DNA from: Macrostomum lignano
Taxonomy: Eukaryota
NCBI GenBank assembly: GCA_002269645.1
Contig: NIVC01001391.1
Span: 62,001 to 126,000 of the forward strand
Direction: 5' to 3'
DNA length: 64,000 nucleotides
Below are positions 58,039-64,000 of this stretch, piece by piece (positions within the stretch are counted from its first letter, which is position 1; each line of letters begins with the position of its first letter). Below the pieces are notes generated by a model that was given only the letters and a program-made list of their open reading frames with translations, was not told the DNA's origin and did no database searches. The translations under genes were made by a program, and so were the position numbers.

Positions 58039-61000
58039 AACGAGGCCAACTCCTCCGATGGAGGAGAAAGGGGAAGAAAGTAGGTATTCGTCGATCTCGT
58101 CGATCTTGCGTCGCTTTGCGGAAGTCGCAGCAACAGCAGCAGCAGTCCCAATCGACGTGGACGGACCGGCGATCGCCAGTGGTCCTTCAGTGGCCGAATC
58201 AGCGCTGGCATTCGCAGCAGCCGCCGACTCCTTGCGGATCTGGTATGCTGCCATGTCGCTACCCTTGGTGATGTACTTCACCACGTACTTGATGGCCCGA
58301 ACTGTCGCGCAGATCTCGACATTCAGGTGACAGCGAAACTCGCGCAGCAGCGCTGGGCAGTACGGCACCACCCAGCGGTTGTCAAAGGTGAACATCACCC
58401 TTTGACCGCCGCGCAGCTTTGCGAGCTTCGTCACCGTGAAGCCGCCCATCTCGACGGATCTGCGGCAGTAATGCGGGTAGCCATCCTCCTCTACCTTTGT
58501 GGCGGCCAGGAACTCCTTGGGTAGCGCTTGCTGCACCTGCCTTTCTCCATGCTCGCCGCGGCAGAGTTGAGCTGCTGTCCACAGGGACCGTGCAACATGT
58601 TCTCCGCCACCAGCTGATGCAGGTCGGCGTCGGCGACAGGGTCCGGGATCTCCGCGCTGATGACGGCGTCGTACTGATCCGGCTTCAGCTTGTTCGCCAG
58701 CCACAGCAGCGCGTGCACGTGGGGAAGACCTGGATGTGGATAAAATTTAATTTTATTGAAATAAACGAAATTATGGAGGCAATAGATAATGCTATAGTTT
58801 AAAGCTTAAAAGCACACTTGCCTCGCTTCTGGTACTCCAGCGAGCAGACTCGAGCCAGAGTATCTCCAAACAGACTCTTCAGCCTGTTTAGGAAGGCCTT
58901 CTTTTTCAGCTCGAACACCCGGGCGGTGATGTCCGGCCGATCGACGGCAGTCTGCCCTGGAAGCAGCTCGGCCAGAATTTCCGGCCACTTCGGGTTGCAT
59001 GTCATCGTCAGAAACAGGTCTGGGCGGCCAAAGGCGTGAAGGTCCGTCAGGATTCCGACCTCACTGCACTCGGGCAAGTTGAAGCGTCGGACATGCTCCC
59101 CAGATGGGCGGGCATCGGGGTTGATGACGACCTTGGCTCTCTGCAGCTGCGAGTCGCTGCGCAGCAAGTCGACTGCGGACTTCAGGCTGCGCACGTAGCT
59201 GTTGCAGTCATGCAGAACAGCTTGCAGCTCCTGCAGCAGAATTTCGTTGAGACCAGCCGTCCATTGCAGTCTGTTCTGCAGCTCTTGGTCCACAAAGAAG
59301 ACCTGGCAGAACCTGGCCGCATCCCCCGGGTCCGGCAACAGGCTGCCGATCCGATGGTGCATCTGACCATGGAGGATGAAGCTCGGGTTCCACCCGGGCT
59401 GCTCACGCTGCCTGGAACCAAGCGAGGTCATATGGAGCGCGCCGTTGTACTTCCTGATGTCTTTCAGGAACTGTGAGCTGAACGGATGCTCGCCAGTCAG
59501 CAGCCTCTTCAGAACATCAGGCGGGTCTCGGCGCTGCTCCAGGACGGTCTGTCAGTGAAAAAAAATACTCAAGTAGCTTTTTGTGGAGACTGGCTGCAGC
59601 AAATCATGCAATTGTTTATGAATCCATTGGCGGGTCTAAGGTTTTATACAATATTCATTTTATACAGTCACCGGTATAACAAAGCATCAATAAGGCAGCA
59701 ATTTGAGTAAACCAAAATAAAAATGTTAACTCACCTTTCCAGCATGACAGCAAATGCTAGCTGGCTCGTCCTTCCAGCGTAGCGCCCTGCAGTGAGGACA
59801 TTGGCGGTCCATGCGACCGAGAACATGTGGCTGGTGCGCCAGCTCCAGCAGTCTGTGACAGTGAAAAAAGAGAATTTTAATCATAAATCATACATGGATA
59901 ATAAAATCTAGTCGTACATTCATAAAGTTTATTGGTGGTTTCAGCGAATGAGAAGCTGCACATAATATTAGTAGAATAAAATATAAGAACCCTTACCTGT
60001 CTCGGCGCCACTCTGCTTGTGTCTGTACACGACGTTCGCGGTCGTCAGCGGACTCAGCCGCGCGATGCTGATTATGGCGCTGCCGCTGCGCCTCCAGCCG
60101 ATGCAGTTGGACCGCCTCATCCTCGGCTTTACGACTTTCGGCAGCACGCAGCCGGTCTTGGTCGAGCCGATGCTGGCGTTCCACCTCGTCTTCAGCATCG
60201 CGGCTGTTGGCTGTGCGCATACGACTCGCCTCAAGACGACACTGGCGCTGCACTTCGTCCTCAGAATCATGACTTTCGGCAGCACGCAGCGGGTCGTGGT
60301 CAAGCCGATGCTGGCGTCATTAAAAGACTCGCGGCCTTTGGCTGTGCGCTGCCTCTGCGCCTCCAGGCGATGCAGATGGACTGGCTCGTCCTCGGCGAAA
60401 CGGCTTTCGGCAGTCCGCAGCCGGTCCTGTTCGAGCCGATGCTGACGCTGCACTTCACCTTCAGCCTCACGGCTCTCGGCCCTACGCTGCCGCTCCCGCT
60501 CAGCGCGCGCTGCACGCTCCTCGGGTGTCTCCGACGCCCTGCGCCTTTTGGCTTCCGATGCAGCACGGGTAGAGCGGGAAAGGCATCCTCGACCTCGCTT
60601 AGGCATTTTGATTGTTCAATAATATAATAATTAATAAATAATGCAAATAGAAATAAGCAAAGAGCACTGTTCGACCAAATCGGAAGGTTTGAGAAAAATT
60701 TATTATGATATGGAATGAAATACGCTTGTAGAACTGAATTGAAAAGTCGAGTCATTAAGTAAAGGCCAAGTGTACTTGCTTTTTGTCAATAAAAAATAAA
60801 TATGATAATGTGCATTTGGTAAGACATGTACATGCAGCTGATGAGCAAAAGTGATAAAAGATATCGATTATTTTAAGCTAAAAAAATTAGAGCAGTCAGT
60901 CTTACAACTGCAAGGGACTGACTGACTAAAGGCACCGATAATAAAACAAATTGGTGGCGTAATCGATTTCTTAGTAGGTCAGTATCAGTTAAAGTTTTTG

Positions 61001-61100
61001 AAGTTAACAGTATGGCTACGCAATCTGAACCTTCCAATATACAGCCACCCACTCCCCGCCAATACACAGCAACCCCCCTCCAATGCACAGCGGCAATTGA
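58039..61100 (-). mobile_element. Internally deleted Helitron (Rep retained, helicase absent) inserted in pPolB
   Basis: RepHel motifs; 3' hairpin CTCCTCC-gat-GGAGGAG (58050-58066) ending CTCGT on the minus strand; candidate 5' TC at about 61100. Confidence 0.85.
58085..60606 (-). pseudogene. Helitron RepHel N-terminal/HUH Rep coding exons (60606-59997, 59852-59735, 59548-58822, 58729-about 58085)
   Basis: ETPEERAAR charged repeats; LGRMDRQCPHC...CCHAGK; PDLFLTMTCNPKW (motif 1); EYQKRG|LPHVHALLW (motif 2); KYVVKYITKGSD (motif 3). Frameshifts at about 60315 and about 58520. Confidence 0.88.
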
Positions 61101-61679
61101 ACCCCCTTGGACTTTGACGCCCTAACTAACTTGCTAAAAAATTAGTATTAAAAAACTGAGAATGAGAATTTAATGAGAATTAAAACTATAGAATCGTTGT
61201 TTTATACTGAGCTTAACAACTTATATTCACGAACTCAGCATTGAAAGATCTTTCCAGTAATATGTCTCTTTTGAACAGATAGCGTTTTAAAAAGCCCGAT
61301 TTCAAGCATTGAACTCTTGGGTGTACGTTCACTGCCTGGTAAAAAGAGGCAGTAATAAAAAGGCGCCTATAGTTAATAAAAAACTGAACAGTAGCCATAT
61401 CATTGCGCAATTGTCTATAAAGTCAGTCAGTGAGCCAGGGTTCAAGTGTACACACGCAGCCACTGAGAACGCGACCTACTACTGGAGAGAAAATACACTG
61501 CCAAGATAGAAAAATTTTATGGCGCAATCACTAAAATTGATGCAAATTTTCAGCTCCAAGCAGAAAGAGGGGACAATTAAGATTATCAAAGGTCAAGACC
61601 GCCGTTTTCTGCATTTTTAGGGATCTTAAAAATTGAAAATGAAAGATTAAAATAGCCTAAAGCCATCCTCGGAAAATTT

Positions 61680-63105
61680 TCAGTTTTCCCATATAAGTTT
61701 CAACGCTGAGTTGCAAGTATTCTGGGAGGAGTTATGCAACAAACGGACAAACAGACAAACAGACAAACATCGCACCAACTTTAGTATTTAGAGAAGAAGA
61801 TATTCTGGGAGGAGTTATGCAACAAACGGACAAACAGACAAACAGACAAACATCGCACCAACTTTAGTATTTAGAGAAGATTAAGATAGCATCCAAGCTA
61901 CAATAAGTTGAAGTTTAGTCTATGGCCATAGACATATTGAGCTCTCACTGCGAGAAAAAGACACTAATTAGATAGGGAAAATACAGTTTTTCGAATATTT
62001 AATCCCCTTAGCAATGAGCTAGAGCTCATTAAAATAGCTATAAACCCAATCCGGAAAATTTGCAGTTTTCCCATATAAGTTTCAACGCTGACTTGCCAGT
62101 AGTCTAGGAGAAAAATTGCAACACGCAGACAATCATCGCACCAGTTTTAGTATTAAGACGAGGCCAACTCCTCCTTCGGAGAAGAAAGGGGAAGAACTCC
62201 CATCACCGGAATTCCATTCCCTGAACTCCATCAGCCTAATCCCATTTTCCAACAGCTCTCCGCGCAATAGAAATCGTCTCCGTGAAACTGAACACCATCG
62301 AAATCGTCTCCGTGAAACTGAACACCATCGAAATCGTCTCCGTGAAACTGAACACCATCGAAATCCTCTCCGCAAAATAGAAATCCTCTCCGTGAAACTG
62401 GACTCAATCGAAATTCCTCCGTCAAACAGAACTCAGCTCTCAGAATTCATTGGTTAGGGTTAGGGTTAGAGCTACACACAGCTGCATGTTGAAGGGGACC
62501 GGTAAAAAAAGCATTTTTTCTCATTCAGTCAATATCATGGTCTCAGTTAGAGTTACCAAAAAGATTGCGCAATCTAATTCAACCCTCCAATACACAGCGA
62601 CCGATCCCCTTCCAGTACGCAGTGGCAATTAAAAGTTGAACTGATATCTTTCCCTTATGCAGAAAAGCATGCTTTCGAATCCTCATATTTTGAATTTCGA
62701 ATTATTTATAGCTCGTAGCAAAAGCTCAAGAAGTTGAAGCTTAGTCTATGGCCATAGACATATTATTATTTCTCAAGTGCTCACTGCGAGAAATATTTAT
62801 TTATTTTTAGCTCATAGCATCCAAGCCACAATAAGTTGAAGTTTAGTCTATGGCCATAGACATATTGAGCTCTCACTGCGAGAAAAATACACTAATTAGA
62901 TAGGGAAAGTACAGTTTTTTGAATATTTAATCCCCTTAGCAATGAGGTAGAGCTCATTAAAATAGCCTAAAGCCTGCTCCGGAAAATTTGCAGTTTTCCC
63001 ATATAAGTTTCGACGCTGACTTGCCAGAATTGTAGGAGTTTACTTGCAACATACAGACAGACAGACAGACAAACATCGCAGCACTTTTAGTATAAGGAAA
63101 GAAGA
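61680..63105. mobile_element. Cluster of non-autonomous Helentron/DINE-1-like (HINE-like) elements
   Basis: Direct repeats at about 61889-62153 and about 62816-63093; (GACA/CAAA)n microsatellites; shared CATCGCA...TTTAGTAT ends; a second copy of the Helitron 3' end at about 62158-62197. Confidence 0.6.
62270..62400. repeat. 30-bp tandem repeat (AATCGTCTCCGTGAAACTGAACACCATCGA)n
   Basis: About 4 visible copies. Confidence 0.9.
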
Positions 63106-63754
63106 AGTATAAAGGGAAGTTAATGGCCTGGAGAGATGAAGTTTCCGGTTGTACACCGTTGGAGTTTGCATTTCTACGTCCGAAAAACTATTCAATGGTG
63201 TATGCAAAGAAAAGCCTCTGTCAGGCTCTTGTGCGTTGCAAGGGCGTGTCGAAGTCGATTGTAAGAGGTATGAAGCACAATGTATTTTTGAGTGTGTTGA
63301 AGGATCGAGTTTTGGAGCATGTAACGATGCGGACGATTACCTCGCGACGACAGAAGATTTATCTTCTTGAGCAGCGCAAGCAGGCGCTTAGCTTTTTCGA
63401 CACGAATGGCTCGATGTAATGCTCGAATGGCCTGGCTCGATCCCTACTCATCCCTCCCATTTGGTCATTGGCGGTTGACTTGACTTGTTCTCCCTGTCTC
63501 TATTTTCTGTCTGTTTATGCTTTTTCTGCTCACAATATATGTGCGCAATTATCGAATGTATATGCAAGAATCCGCCTTTCCTTCTTTCTTTTTGTATTTT
63601 TTTTCGTTTTTCTAGACCAATGATAGCAGTGCAGGGGATTAGTACTAGGCTTAGTTTTTTGGATTGGGACGAGGATTACGAGGGTAGTACTAGACTTATT
63701 TTAGAGGATGACAAACCTCCTAAGCATAAGAGGAACTATGATCCGGCAGCCACG

Positions 63755-64000
63755 ATGAGCCCCGACGCTTGCACGACGGTCCCGCTGCGCGTAGTGCTCA
63801 CGGATGCCGGGGCAGTGATGCCTCGGCGAGCTACGGCCGGGTCGGTGGGCTACGCCTAGCCACGTGCGAAGACCGCACTGTGGAGGCCTTTGACACGGCC
63901 ATCATTCGCACCGGCCTCCGGGTGATGCTGCCGCCAGGCACCTATGGTCGGATAGCGAGCCAGTCCAGTTGGGCCAACCGAAACCTCAATGTGCAGGGCG
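63755..64000 (+). pseudogene. dUTPase (3' partial; 1-bp frameshift near 63855)
   Basis: MPRRATAGSVGY(D)LATCED...IIRTGLRVMLPPGTYGRIASQSSWA...VQG, matching dUTPase motifs 1 (AGYDL-like) and 2. Confidence 0.85.

Larger units (their letters stand above)
54043..63483 (+). pseudogene. Full-length protein-primed DNA polymerase B of element B, with stops and frameshifts, interrupted by Helitron-type DNA (about 58035-63105)
   Basis: C2H2 finger CPVCRQRF...HGH; RGSNW; VYADIES; WDHCHLSG; HNLRGYD; KGVFPY; SIRGG; YLDANSL*; KLLNNAVYGK; GDTDS. After the insert: KGKL...DE...FLRPKNYS...CKGV...LSFFD...LPFGHW. Confidence 0.92.
41400..64000 (+). mobile_element. Large decayed endogenous virus-like element B (pPolB, dNK, TBP-like, dUTPase, membrane proteins); boundaries uncertain, extends beyond the window
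   Basis: Gene-dense block of short and decayed ORFs plus recognisable viral-type replication and nucleotide-metabolism genes in the same orientation. No capsid or TIR was recognised. Confidence 0.6.

Noticed and set aside
60017-60755. Several overlapping ORFs on both strands
   Set aside because: Alternative frames of the repetitive Helitron exon 1.
62452-62470. TTAGGG repeats as a telomere or healing site
   Set aside because: Only about 3 units, internal to a repeat module.
1-64000. Prokaryotic or phage origin of the window
   Set aside because: GT-AG introns, PAL and lectin genes, LINE/gypsy/Helitron content, and Polinton-type genes all indicate a eukaryotic genome.

Overview
Eukaryotic (invertebrate-like) genomic DNA, with spliceosomal introns and minisatellite-filled introns. 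A flatworm such as Macrostomum is a guess from sequence style only. (1) 1-12.8 kb is host sequence: the last four exons of a membrane-anchored PAL/PAM amidating-lyase gene, an intronless secreted PAN/apple + C-type lectin gene, many minisatellites and an inverted repeat pair. (2) 12.8-15.3 kb is a clipped LINE (endonuclease + RT). (3) About 16.5-41.3 kb is a mosaic of Polinton/Maverick (adintovirus-like) remnants. It has intact major and minor capsid ORFs and a protein-primed PolB with a spliced 5' exon, interrupted by a very young Ty3/gypsy (Mag-like) element (identical 161-bp LTRs, CATGG TSD). It also has further pPolB fragments, a near-perfect 1.38-kb inverted duplication, three PLA2-like paralogues, a RING remnant and an rve integrase. 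(4) From about 41.4 kb to the window end lies a second, more decayed virus-like element. It carries coiled-coil/TM proteins, a divergent TATA-binding-protein-like gene fused in frame to a deoxynucleoside kinase, a full-length pPolB pseudogene interrupted by about 5 kb of Helitron/Helentron-type DNA, and a dUTPase running off the end. The most novel signal is the combination of TBP-like, dNK, pPolB and dUTPase in element (4). All protein calls are by-eye motif recognition; no database searches were run. Many frameshifts are single-base and could be assembly errors.
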